From Octopus bimaculoides (Eukaryota): a DNA stretch of 64,000 nucleotides. The DNA lies in the NCBI RefSeq assembly GCF_001194135.2, contig NC_068984.1, positions 111,292,771 to 111,356,770 of the forward strand, read 5' to 3'. The notes below the pieces were generated by a model, which saw only the letters and a program-made list of their open reading frames with translations, was not told where the DNA came from and did not search any database. Shown here piece by piece: positions 25,370 through 37,014 of the stretch (position 1 is its first letter; each line of letters starts with the position of its first letter). A program made the position numbers and the translations under genes.

Positions 25370-25812
25370 TTCATCATTTTGAATCCAGGTTTTGTCTCCA
25401 TTAACAGAGGTGGCCAGATCTACCTCAATGCCATAGCAACCACCCTCACACCATCTCGCCATCTTGCCTGGTTTTGGGCATCCTCCCTTCTCAAGCCAAC
25501 CCTCTCGATCTCCTCCTCCGCATTTTCCTCAGTCTACCTCGCATTCGCTTGTCCATTTACCTCAAACTCTAGCACCATCTTCCGAACATGCTCCTCGTAC
25601 CTCCACAATATATGCTCATACCACTGCACACCATTCACCCTTGCCAACCATTCCAATGATTCCTCCAACCCCATCATCCCCATCAAGTCCTCAGTCCTCC
25701 TCTTATCAAACAGCCTCACGCCACACATTTCTCTCACCATTGCTCCCTCAGTCCTTCTCAAAATTGCCATCTCTCTTACCCTTAAACACCATGTCGCACT
25801 CTCATACAACAT
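25370..25812 (-). mobile_element. RTE-clade LINE 3' fragment (ORF2 C-terminus plus 3' UTR)
   Basis: MLYESATWCL..EGAMVREMCGVRLFDKRRTEDLMGMMGLEESLEWLARVNGVQWYEHILWR matches the RTE pattern LYGSETW / MCGV / WYGHV. It ends TCTGGCCACCTCTGTTAATGGAGACAAAACCTGGATTCAAAATGATG. Confidence 0.85.
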
Positions 25813-26698
25813 ATATATATATATATATATAGATATAGATAGATAGATAGATAGATAAACATTAGTGTGTGTGCGTGGTGTATATGTATGAAGGCAGATA
25901 TTGCTGACAGAGTTCAGTGTGACTATACTAATATATATCACCTTGGGTAAGCGTCTTTAATTAAAGCATGAGGCTGACCAAAACCTGACAAGTGGATATG
26001 CCTACAGAAAATTGTTATCTATTTATCTATCTATCTATCTATCTATTTATTTAACTATCTGTTTGTCTGTCTGTCTATCTTTTATTTAAATATACACCCT
26101 TCATTTTTTAAGACTGTATTAAGTAATCTTTCAGAAAGACTTTCATATATATATGTATGTGTGTGTGTATAAATGTATGTGTATTTTTTCAATGTGTACA
26201 TATAACACAGCAAAAATAAAAGAAATAGTTACCAGGGTAGCAAAAATTCACATAAGTGCCAAGGATGTGACAGCCTACTTATAAAGGTAGAAATTCCAGG
26301 GTTAAGTGAAATGTTTTCGTATAACATAGATCAATTAAGAAATGGGGTCAAACACAGGTGCTCACTTTGGCATGGTTTCGACTGCTCGATACCCTTCCTA
26401 ATGCCAACCACTTTACAGTGGGGACCGGGTATGTTTTCATCCCACCAGCGCTAGTGAAGCCACCACATAGCTTGCAAGCCAACAAACCCAGTAAGGGAAG
26501 GTACTGCCTTCATATCATAGATGTAGGTTAAGATATGAGGGAAGAGGCTAGTGTAGAGCAGGTTCTTGTGGAGGAGCTACATAGCTATTCACATTTAGGA
26601 TATATCGTCCAGCAGGGGAACACGTACGCCATTGAAACTGGGAAACCGGGCCCATGAGCCTGGCTAGGCTTTAAAAAGGCGCATTTATTTATTATTAC

Positions 26699-26751
<53 letters not shown>

Positions 26752-26777
26752 AATTCTTATTTTATGACGTGCATATA

Positions 26778-27587
26778 CAGAATGTCCCAAAAGTAACTGA
26801 TGGATTTCAATTTTTAATAACTTCCTTAACATTACAAATAAATTTTGATACTATATAAGGGATATAATGGAAATTAATAGGCATGAGTCAAATTTTGCAC
26901 CACTACTACATCAAATATGAAAAATGACATCGTTTAAATGGCAGTCATTTGCAGCCGTGCACCCCTGTGCACTTTCCAAAACTTGCACTATAACACCATC
27001 GAGAGTTTCAGACCCCACTTCTGTGATTTCTCTATTGATGTTCTCCTTCAGTTGCGCCAGGGTCTCTGGTTTGTTGATGTAAACCCTGTCTTTCAAGTAT
27101 CCCCACAAGAAAAAATCCTGTCTAGTCAAGTCTGGGAAATGGGAAGGCCATTCAAAGTAGACCTCACACATGGTTCCAGTAAGGTGGGGCAACAATGCAG
27201 TTGCTACGGCAGTGTTTTGGAAAGAGAATAAACTCCCATTATGGCAATGTCAACTGGCCTTCACGTTCCCCAGACTTGACTAACCTGGCTGTTTCATTGT
27301 GGGGAGACCTGAAAGAGAGAGTTTATGTCAACAAACTGGAGACCCTGGTGCAACTGAAGGAAAACATCAATAGAGAAATCAGAGAAGTGCGGTCTGAAAC
27401 TTTTGAGGGTGTTATGGTGCATGTTTTAGAAAGAGCTTGGGTGTGCAAAACCAAAAATGGCTGCCATTTAAGTGATGTCATTTTCCATATGTGATGTAGT
27501 GGCGTATTAATTTCCATTATGTCCTTTATATTGTATCAAATGTTCATGCATTTCTTTGGAAAGTTAAGGAATTTATTAAAAATTGAA
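26778..27587. mobile_element. Fold-back Tc1/mariner derivative with inverted transposase C-termini (right end in gap)
   Basis: Starts TA|CAGAATGTCCCAAAAGT. The minus strand gives WPSHFPDLTRQDFFLWGYLKDRVY; the plus strand gives WFQ*GGAT..NWPSRSPDLTNLAVSLWGDLKERVY. The two arms of about 350 bp are clearly homologous but diverged. Confidence 0.8.
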
Positions 27588-28729
27588 NNNNNNNNNNNNN
27601 NNNNNNNNNNNNNNNNNNNNNNNNNNNNNNNNNNNNNNNNNNNNNNNNNNNNNNNNNNNNNNNNNNNNNNNNNNNNNNNNNNNNNNNNNNNNNNNNNNNN
27701 NNNNNNNNNNNNNNNNNNNNNNNNNNNNNNNNNNNNNNNNNNNNNNNNNNNNNNNNNNNNNNNNNNNNNNNNNNNNNNNNNNNNNNNNNNNNNNNNNNNN
27801 NNNNNNNNNNNNNNNNNNNNNNNNNNNNNNNNNNNNNNNNNNNNNNNNNNNNNNNNNNNNNNNNNNNNNNNNNNNNNNNNNNNNNNNNNNNNNNNNNNNN
27901 NNTATACAAAATTTACTCTTCTGCTCATTTTTGCACACAAGTATGTAGGAATATTGTATAAAAATCAAAAACAGTTCATTATGCTACTTTAACCATTATT
28001 CGACGTGACACCCCCAGATCACCATAATAAGACATACCATATAGCTACTTAGTGTTAAAGCTTTTTATCATGTCACAGCTTCTATAACGCTAACAGTTTT
28101 GCTGTAGTTGTTGCTTTTGTTGGTGTTGTTGCTGTTATTATTACAGGTCCAAGTGTACAGAAAGATATTAATCCTAAAATAAAAATAAATAAACAAATAA
28201 TTATATTAATAATATGAAATAAACAACAATATAAATAAATAAACAGATAAATAATAAACGACTAGAATCTTGAAAGCATTCTGTTTAGGAAGAGTAATTA
28301 AAAGCAAAAATAAATTCCTGAAATGTTTTAAGTTTTAAACCTTTCGTAGACATTCCTTGAATTTAAAGGGAAACATAAGAATTACAGAGAGAGACAGAGA
28401 GACAGAGAAAAGGGAAGAAGAGAAGGAATGTGAGAGAAAGAGAAAGGAGAAATGAGTGACAAGAACTTCACACTTTCTGAAAGCATATCCTTATGAAGCA
28501 TAAGAAATGGTTCTTAAAATATCAAGCGTATCTTGTTTAGAAGTGACCAGAAAATTCGCAAGTGTTTCATCAGTGTCCCTCTTCATGTTTTGACCTCGTT
28601 CATTAGAAGCAGAATGTCTTGAATACTCATTAAAGCATACATGTATTTCATTATAGTAGCTAATCTGAGAATTCTCATAGAGATAGAGATAGAGTTGTGT
28701 GTGTGTGTGTATATATATATATATAGACA

Positions 28730-29117
28730 CTCTTTTTACTCTTTTACTTGTTTCAGTCATTTGACAGCGGCCATGCTGGAGCACTGGAACTTATTCTTTG
28801 TAAGCCCAGTACTTATTCTATCGATCTCTTTTGCCGAACCGCTAAGTGACGGGAACATAAACACACCAGCTTCGGTTGTCAAGTAATGCTAGGGGGACAA
28901 ACACAGACACACAAACATGCACACACACACATATATATATATACACACACCCACGACGGGCTTCTTTCAGTTTCTGTCCACCAAATCCACTCACAAGGCT
29001 TTGGTCGGCTCGAGGCTATAATAGAAGACACTTGCCCAAGATGCCACGCAGTGGGACTGAACCCGGAACCACGTGGTTGGTAAGCAAGCTACTTACCACA
29101 CAGCCACTCCTGCGCCT
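28730..29117 (-). mobile_element. SINE B, full length
   Basis: All blocks are present. Confidence 0.85.
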
Positions 29118-29136
29118 ATATATATATATATATATG

Positions 29137-29452
29137 GGAGCACTCTGTCGGTTACAACAACAAGGGCCCCAGCTGATACGAACAACAGAACGGCTTGCTT
29201 GTGAAATTAACGTGCAAGTGGCTGAGCACTCCACAGACACATGCACCCTTAACGTAGTTATTAGGGAGATTCAGTGTGACACAGAGTGTGACAAGGCTGG
29301 CCTTTTGAGATGCAGGTACTACTCATTTTTGTCAGCTGAGTGAACTGGAGCAACATGAAATAAAGTGTTTTGCTCAAGGAGACAATGTGTCACTGGGAAC
29401 TGAACTCACGACCTTACAATCGTGGGCCGAATTCCCTAACCACTGAGCCATG
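29137..29452 (-). mobile_element. SINE C, full length
   Basis: Collinear with 12678-12995. Confidence 0.85.
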
Positions 29453-29508
29453 TGTCTATATGCATGTGTGTGTGTATGTATGTGTATGTATGTACGTATG
29501 TATATATA

Positions 29509-29558
<50 letters not shown>

Positions 29559-30243
29559 TAATAGATAGATAACTTCATTGATTGATAGATTGATTGACTG
29601 ATTGATAGATGGGTGGGTGATTGGTGGTTGTTGAAAAAAATTGATGGATGGAGAGATAAAAGGGATTTTCTTGCCATTTATGAAAAATCGCAATTTTAGC
29701 CATGTTCAATCTCAATCATCTTCAATCCAATGTAGCCCACATATTATCTCCCTCACCTCTTTCATCCCTCTCCCCTCCACTCCACCCCTCTTTCTCCCTC
29801 TCCTCTCTCTTTTTCTGTATACTCTCAATCTCTCTCACACACACACACACATATATTAGAAAATTATCATAAAACTAACTACTGAAATTTAACATTTCCA
29901 ATGCATTTAATATGCATGTTTCAAGTGACTACATAACAAATTGTTACGTAATTATCATTCTCATCAGTCAGTTACAAATGAAATACATTAATAGAATCAG
30001 GTTTGCCTCTATATATAACAGTATAGGGAAAAAAGTAAAATCATGTTTTTATCTCATCAGATAAGTTTGCTTTTCCCTTCCAAAGAAGAATGCAAACTAT
30101 TGATAAAATGCATTCCAGTCATGACCATCACGTTTTTCCTGTCTAAATTATGACACAGTTCTATATTTAAGAGATGAGGAATTATGTACATTATTTACAT
30201 TATTTACAATTGAGGGATATTTGTCCTCATCTTGTTTGCTGTT

Positions 30244-30289
30244 AGCACAACATTTCAGCTGATATACTCTCCAGCCTTCATCAGGTGTC
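30244..30289 (-). ncRNA. Minimal type-I hammerhead ribozyme motif (left arm)
   Basis: The minus strand reads GACAC-CTGATGA-A-GGCTG-gagagtatat-CAGCT-GAAA-T-GTT-GTGCT. Confidence 0.6.
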
Positions 30290-30367
30290 TTGGGGAATTT
30301 TCGAACCCGGGTTCTCATTCCTCAGGTATTTTTTTATGTTGGTGTTGTTGTTGTTATTCTTATTATT

Positions 30368-30724
30368 ATTATTATTGATGGCACCTGTGACCAGCGTTAC
30401 CTTCCTGGCACTTGTGCCAGTGGCATGTGTAAAGAAATTCGAGCGAGATCGTTGCCAGTGCCACTGGACTGGCTCCTGTGCAGGTGGCACATAAAATACA
30501 CCATTTTGAGCATGGCCGTTGCCAGTACCGCCTGACTGGCCTTCGTGCCGGTGGCACGTAAAAGCACCTACAACACTCTTGGAGTGGCTGGCGTTAGGAA
30601 GGGCATCCAGCTGTAGAAACTCTGCCAAATCAGATTGGAGCCTGGTGTAGGCATCTGGTTCACCAGTCCTCAATCAAATCGTCCAACCCATGCTAGCATG
30701 GAAAGCAGACGTTAAACGATGATG

Positions 30725-30725
<1 letters not shown>
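30368..30725 (+). mobile_element. RTE-tail element inserted in the (TTA)n between the hammerhead arms
   Basis: Collinear with about 13862-14200, 5'-truncated, ending GACGTTAAACGATGATGA. Confidence 0.85.
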
Positions 30726-30755
<30 letters not shown>

Positions 30756-30794
30756 TACTAGCTCCAAGATTCCAAGTTCAATTTCAAGCAGTGA

Positions 30795-30845
<51 letters not shown>

Positions 30846-30909
30846 CAACAACAACAGCAACATCGAAAAATACCTTAGGAATGAGAACCCAGGTTCAAAA
30901 TTTCCCCAA

Positions 30910-30954
30910 GAGACCTGATGAAGGCTGGAGGTATATCAGCCGAAACGTTGTGTT
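30910..30954 (+). ncRNA. Minimal type-I hammerhead ribozyme motif (right arm)
   Basis: GAGAC-CTGATGA(30915-30921)-A-GGCTG-gaggtatat-CAGCC-GAAA(30942-30945)-C-GTT-GTGTT. Stem II is a perfect 5-bp helix, stem III is the palindrome AACGTT, and the predicted cleavage is after 30949. Confidence 0.7.
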
Positions 30955-32329
30955 AACAACAAACAAGATGAGGACAAATATCCGTCAATTGTAAATAATG
31001 TAAATAATCTAAATTATGACATCCAATGTGTTTATGTTTTTCAATGATTAAAAAGTAAATTTGAGGAGTATATAGCTGTCATTTCTAACATGTCCATTGT
31101 CTTTATATAGACTCCCATATTGACACAAATTTCTATACATTCTTGTTAGATATGTATGTGTGCAAGTTAAAATAATGTTTCTCTTTTCAACAAATGGATT
31201 ACAATAAATATCCTTTCATTACTGGTATCAATGAGTGTCTCAATAATCAATTCCTCTTGATCTATTGTCAATTATCAATTATTATCACTCTGTTATTGGA
31301 ATCACATGAAAATTGATTAATAAAAAGTGATGACCATCTTCAGTCGATCCAGATAGTATCAAACATTTTAAGTGACCTCACCGCCACCACCACCACCACC
31401 ACTACCACTGCCATTACTGTTACTAATATTTTTGATTTTATGCAGTGAGAATTATTTTTTCCAGTTGCTACAAGTTTCTTTCTTTTAGAATGGATATTTG
31501 AATAACCAACTCAAAGAATGACATTTTTTTTTTTTTCGATTTGGACTCACTTTTATTGAATCAATGAATACAACCTCTTCTTTGTTTCTTTATTTTGCTT
31601 TTTTTAAAACGAATTTTTTTTTTTCTCCTTTTCTCCCCAAATTCACAAATTCTGCCATCAGTCCATCAATACTGTTCATTCGATGGCTTCTTTTTATAAA
31701 ACAATAACTATCTTTATCAATTTAAAAAAAAAAAAAAAGATTACATTAATGTTTTCATCTCTAAGACTGTGTACTGCCGAAGTCTTGGAGGCAAATAATT
31801 CTTCCTTATACATCGGCACTTTCAAATCTCTAATGAAGCAAGTTCATTTAGTTCACTGTGTGTTATCCAGTGCAATTATGTAAAATTATTAATGAAATCA
31901 TCATCTATTTACAAGTTGAAGACTCAGAAGCTATACAAATCCTAACAGATATTACCATTATTGGTGCTAGCGAAAGTGGATATAGAAGTTCAGCAATGAA
32001 TAATCTTGTACTTCAAGTTAAATGGCATGAAGTATAGAGCACTGTAGGGTACTAAACAGAAATTTTTCTTGGCGATATACACATGATAGTAATAGCAATG
32101 ACTGACATGATTAGTTCATTCACTTGGAAATGTTACCAATTTAAAAAAAAAAAAAAAATTAAAAGACGTCTCCTTCTTTCTTGTATTCAATACTTGGTGC
32201 AGGGTACTGCTCAAATATTGCTACATCTGAGTGGGTACCCAGTAAATTTCCTAATCTCTGTTATGGAAGTTCAGATAAAGCTAAGAAGATATCGTCCTCT
32301 CTGTGATTACAAGACATCTGTCTTATGTA

Positions 32330-32750
32330 CTCTTTTACTCTTTTACTTGTTTCATTCATTTGACTGTGGCCATGCTGGAGCACCGCCTTTAGTCGAGCAA
32401 ATCGACCCCAGGACTTATTCTTTGTTAGCCTAGTACTTATTCTATCGGTCTCTTTTGCCGAACTGCTAAGTTATGGGGATGTAAACATACAAGCATCGGT
32501 TGTCAAGCTGTGTTGGGGGGACAAACAAAGACACACAAACATATACACACACACATAAATATATATATAGATATATATACATATATACGACGGGCTTCTT
32601 TCAGTTTCCGTCTACCAAATCCAATCACAAGGCTTTGGTCGGCCTGAGGCTATAGTAGAAGACACTTGCCCAAGGTGCCACGCAGTGAGACTGAACCCGG
32701 AACCATGTGGTTGGTAAGCAAACTACTTACCACACAGCCACTCCTACGCC
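32330..32750 (-). mobile_element. SINE B, full length
   Basis: All blocks are present. Confidence 0.85.
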
Positions 32751-32789
32751 TATGTGGAAGTTATTCCTTAGTAAATATTAGGTTAGACA

Positions 32790-33240
32790 GTGGAGGTGTG
32801 TGGCTTAGTGGTTAGGGTGTTGGACTCATGATTGTAAGATTGTGGTTCCAATTCCTGGACCAGACGATGTGTTGTTTTCATGAGCAAAACACTTCATTCC
32901 ATGTTGCTCCAGTTCACTCAGCTGTAGAAATGAGTACCACTAGTGAAGGCACGTCACTTACTGGTTAGGGTGTTGGACTCATGATTGTAAAATTGTGGTT
33001 CCAATTCCTGGACCAGACGATGTGTTGTTTTCTTAAGCAAAACACTTCATTCCATGTTGCTCCAGTTCACTCAGCTGTAGAAATGAGTACCACTAGTGAA
33101 GGCACGTCACTTACTGGTTAGGGTGTTGGATTCACAGCTGTAAGATTGTGGTTTCAATACCTGGACTGGGTGACCCATTGTGTTCTTGAGCAAGACACTT
33201 CATTTTACGTTGCTCCAGTCCACTCAGCTGTAGAAATGAG
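32790..33240 (+). repeat. Three head-to-tail SINE C 5' halves, period 153 bp
   Basis: TGGTTAGGGTGTTGGA occurs at 32809, 32962 and 33115. Units 1 and 2 are nearly identical; unit 3 is diverged. Confidence 0.9.
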
Positions 33241-34304
33241 AGGGATGGGCTCTGCCAGGCTTTCTGGCCCTAGGTATGCTACATGACTGCAATGCTCCAA
33301 TGACCCAGAAGGAATTAAGGGACTTCTCATTGTCATGTAACGCAGTGAACTGGCAGAATCATTGCTGCTCTGGACAAAATGCTTAGCTGAATTTTATCCA
33401 TTTTTACATTCTGAGTTCAAATTCTGCCTAAGTTGATTTTGCCTTTCATCCTTTTGGGGTCGATAAAATAAGTACCAGTTGAGCACTGGAGTTGATGTAA
33501 TCAACTTTCCCTTGAACTTGCTGGTCTTATACCAAAATTTGAAGCCAATAAATATAATATGAAATTAATAAGCCCTTCATAACATAGGAACAGGCACAGC
33601 TGTGAGGAAACAGAGATCACTTTGTAACTATGTGGTTTGGACAATTAAAACATAAAGGATAAAAATATGTATATATTGACTCAACCACATTAGAGCAGAA
33701 TCTATGATCAAAGGCAATCCAATTATGGCTATCCTGTTTTTGCGCCTATCAGGGATGCCTATATTGTCTTGTTATGATGAATAAGTCATGACTTGAGAAT
33801 GATTTGGTTGTTATTTCTAGCAGACTGTGTGTCTCCTCCTATTAAAATACCCTCACTGGATCCTGGAAATGTATTACAGATACGCTGGTGAATTAGTACA
33901 CGTTTACACATTCATGCAAGACTGCACGCACACACACATACACACACACAAACACATACATGCATACACACACACAAACACACACACACATACACAAACA
34001 CATACACATTCATACACACACACATGTACACAAATATTTTGATTTACATGTACAAAGACCCCTGTTTATACACACAGTAACTGATATACATTCTGAAATA
34101 TATATACTCATTAGCACCTTCACAGACGATCAAATACAGCAATGCACCAACATACATTCTTTCATAAATACTCAAAATTATATGCATATATATTACCTTA
34201 TATGCACCCACATATATACAATCTCTAAATACCTTTACACTCACAAATATATACATACATACACACACATACACACATGCATATGCACAGCAATCCCTAA
34301 ATAT

Positions 34305-34720
34305 TTGGTGGTGGTGGTGGTGGTGGCAGTGGCGGCGGTGGTGGTGGTCTTGGTGTGGGGGTAATGGTGGTGGTAGTGGTGATGGCGGGGTGGGGTGGGC
34401 TGGTGGGAGTGGGGTGGGCTGGTGGAGGTTGGTAATGGTGTTGGTGGTGGTAGTGGTGGCGCTGGTAATGGTTGTGGTGTTGGTATTGGTGGTGGCAGTT
34501 GTGGTAGTAATTGTGGTAGTGGTGTGGGGGGTAATAGTGGTGGCGGTGGTCTTGGTGTGGGGGTAATGATGGTGGTGGTGGTGTTAGTGGTGGTGGCAGT
34601 GGTGTGTGTGGAGTGTAATGCTGGTGGTAGAGGTCTTGGTGGTGGTGGTGGTAATGGTGGGGGTGATAATGGTAGCGGTAGTGATGGTGGTGGAGCTGGG
34701 GTAACACTACTATCTACTTG
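34305..34720 (+). repeat. G-rich (GGT)n mosaic tract
   Basis: Visible directly in the sequence; includes GGGGTGGGGTGGGCTGGTGGGAGTGGGGTGGG at about 34387-34418. Confidence 0.9.
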
Positions 34721-34788
34721 CTACTGCCAACACTCCTCATACCACCTCCACAATAACTGCCTCTACTATCACTAAATATACAGGTTTC

Positions 34789-36710
34789 AAATTTTGGCAC
34801 AAGGCCAGCAGTTTCACTGGGAAGAAGCTAAGTCAGATAAATCAACCCCAGTGCTTAATTGGTATTTATTTTGTGTGTGCATGAACAAGGGAAGTATGTG
34901 AATGCTTTTATGTATGTATCAGCGTTCTTTCAGTAACAAACGATGATTGATGTTACATCTCAAAAGACAACCACTAGATAACATTGATAAGTGTATTAAT
35001 TTGATTTACCATTCATATTTATATATAAAATACTACAATTAGCTGTTATTTTTGACGGCACAATTAATAATTGTGCTTGGCTCTAGAACAGAGGTTCCCA
35101 ACCTGCGGTCCATGGACATCTGGTGGTCCACAAAAGTAGTACTGGGTGTCCGTGATTTAAATTCAAAATTTCATATAATCATAGGTGCAGGAGTGGCTGT
35201 GTGGTAAGTAGCTTGCTTACCAACCAAATGGCTCCAGGTTCAGTCCCACTGCATGGTACCTTGGGCAAGTGTCTTCTACTATACCTTCGGGCAGACCAAA
35301 GCCTTGTGAGTGGATTTGGTAGACGGAAACTGAAAGAAGCCTGTCGTATATATGTAAATATATATATGTGTGTATGTGTGTGTGTGTCTGTTTGTGTGTC
35401 TGTGTTTGTCTTCCTCGACATTGTTTGACAACCAATGGTAGTGTGTTGTGTTTATGTCCCTGTAGCTTAGCAGTTCGGCAAAAGCGACCGATAGAGTAAG
35501 TACTAGGCTTACAAAGAATAAGTCCTGGGGTCGATTTGCTCGACTAAAAGCAGTGCTCCAGCATGGCCGCAGTCAAATGACTGAAACAAATAAAAGAATA
35601 TATATATAAGGATAAGCATATTAAAAGGGGTCTGTGGGAAAACTCATTTAAATAAAAGGGGTCTTTATTAGTGAAAAGGTTGGGAGCCACTGCACTGCAG
35701 CAATCATCACCGCCACCACCACCACCACAAACCACATCACCACTGCTGTCATCACCTATACCACCACCACTACCACCACCACCACCATCACCACAACCAC
35801 TGATGTTATTAATTGTCAACATAAACAGCTGTCATCATCTTTATCATCACCATCATTACCACCGTCACCACCACCACCACCACCAACACTATTAAAACCA
35901 CCAGCACCAACACCACCAACATCACCAAGACCACCACTACCACCACCACCACCACTACTTATATTACTATTTGCTACTCTATATCACCCCAGCTGTCAAC
36001 ACCTATACCAGTACTACTAACACTGTTAGCAAGAGACCCTCAGCATAGTTGTTTGAAATGTAAGAAATAGCAGCCAAATTTCTCTCAAATTATGCACCAA
36101 CACCCTTAATCTTTTAGCATTCGGATTATTGTGTCGAATAGGTACTTGCTTCCCAACCACATGGTTCTTGGTTCAGTCACACTGCAGGGTATAGTAGAAG
36201 ACACTTGCCCGAAGGTATAGTAGAAGACACTTGCCCAAGGTACCATGCAGTGGGACTGAACCTGGAGCCATTTGGTTGGTAAGCAAGCTACTTACCACAC
36301 AGCTACTCCTGCACCTATGGTTATATGAAATTTTGAATTTAAATCACGGACACCCAGTACTACTTTTGTGGACCACCAGATGTCCATGGACCGCAGGTTG
36401 GGAACCTCTGTTCTAAAGCCAAGCACAATTATTAATTGTGCCGTCAAAAATAACAGCTAATTGTAGTATTTTATATATAAATATGAATGGTAAATCAAAT
36501 TAATACACTTATCAATGTTATCTAGTAGTTGTCTTTTGAGATGTAACATCAATCATCGTTTGTTACTGAAAGAACGCTGATACATACATAAAAGCATTCA
36601 CATACATCCCTTGTTCATGCACACACAAAATAAATACCAGTTAAGCACTGGGGTTGATTTATCTGACTTAGCTTCTCCCCAGTGAAACTGCTGGCCTTGT
36701 GCCAAAATTT
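34789..36710. repeat. 505-bp inverted duplication (34789-35293 and 36206-36710)
   Basis: The arms are reverse complements with about 7 mismatches counted by eye. They include unique sequence plus SINE A, hAT and SINE B fragments. Confidence 0.9.
35089..35692. mobile_element. Charlie-like hAT MITE interrupted by SINE B (35183-35600)
   Basis: TIR-like ends CAGAGGTTCCCAACC and GGTTGGGAGCCACTG. The left flank CTCTAGAA fits the NTCTAGAN target preference; the right TSD is poorly matched. Confidence 0.55.
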
Positions 36711-37014
36711 GGACAAGTGAATTCTATAACCTAAGACTGACCAAAGCCTTGTGAGTGAATTTGGTAAACAGAAACAGAATTCTAGAACTGATGTGTATAT
36801 ACATGGAATGAGTGCTTACTTTTCTGGAATTTGTCAAATGTTGTATACATCTCTGATGAAACACCTGTAAGGGTCAAAAACCAATGAAGGCTGTTCATAA
36901 TTTTTTCAGTCTTTGGAAAAATAGGTAAATATGTTTGTATATCTACTATGTAGGTTTACATTTATTGAGAATATTACAGATATTGGTTTTCAGATTTTGT
37001 CTCATGACCAGCAA

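Larger units (their letters stand above)
30156..31007. mobile_element. Inverted dimer of a hammerhead-bearing repeat, with a 14-bp TSD
   Basis: 30190-30341 is the reverse complement of 30858-31008 at about 90% by eye. TCTAAATTATGACA occurs at 30142-30155 and 31008-31021. Confidence 0.8.

Noticed and set aside
32790-33240. Possible tRNA genes or CRISPR-like array
   Set aside because: These are SINE heads without a full cloverleaf; there are no unique spacers and the context is eukaryotic.
36853-36882. CTGATGAAACACCTGTAAGGGTCAAAAAC, hammerhead-like
   Set aside because: G12 of GAAA is missing, stem II is weak, and there is no stem I or III pairing. At best it is a decayed relic.
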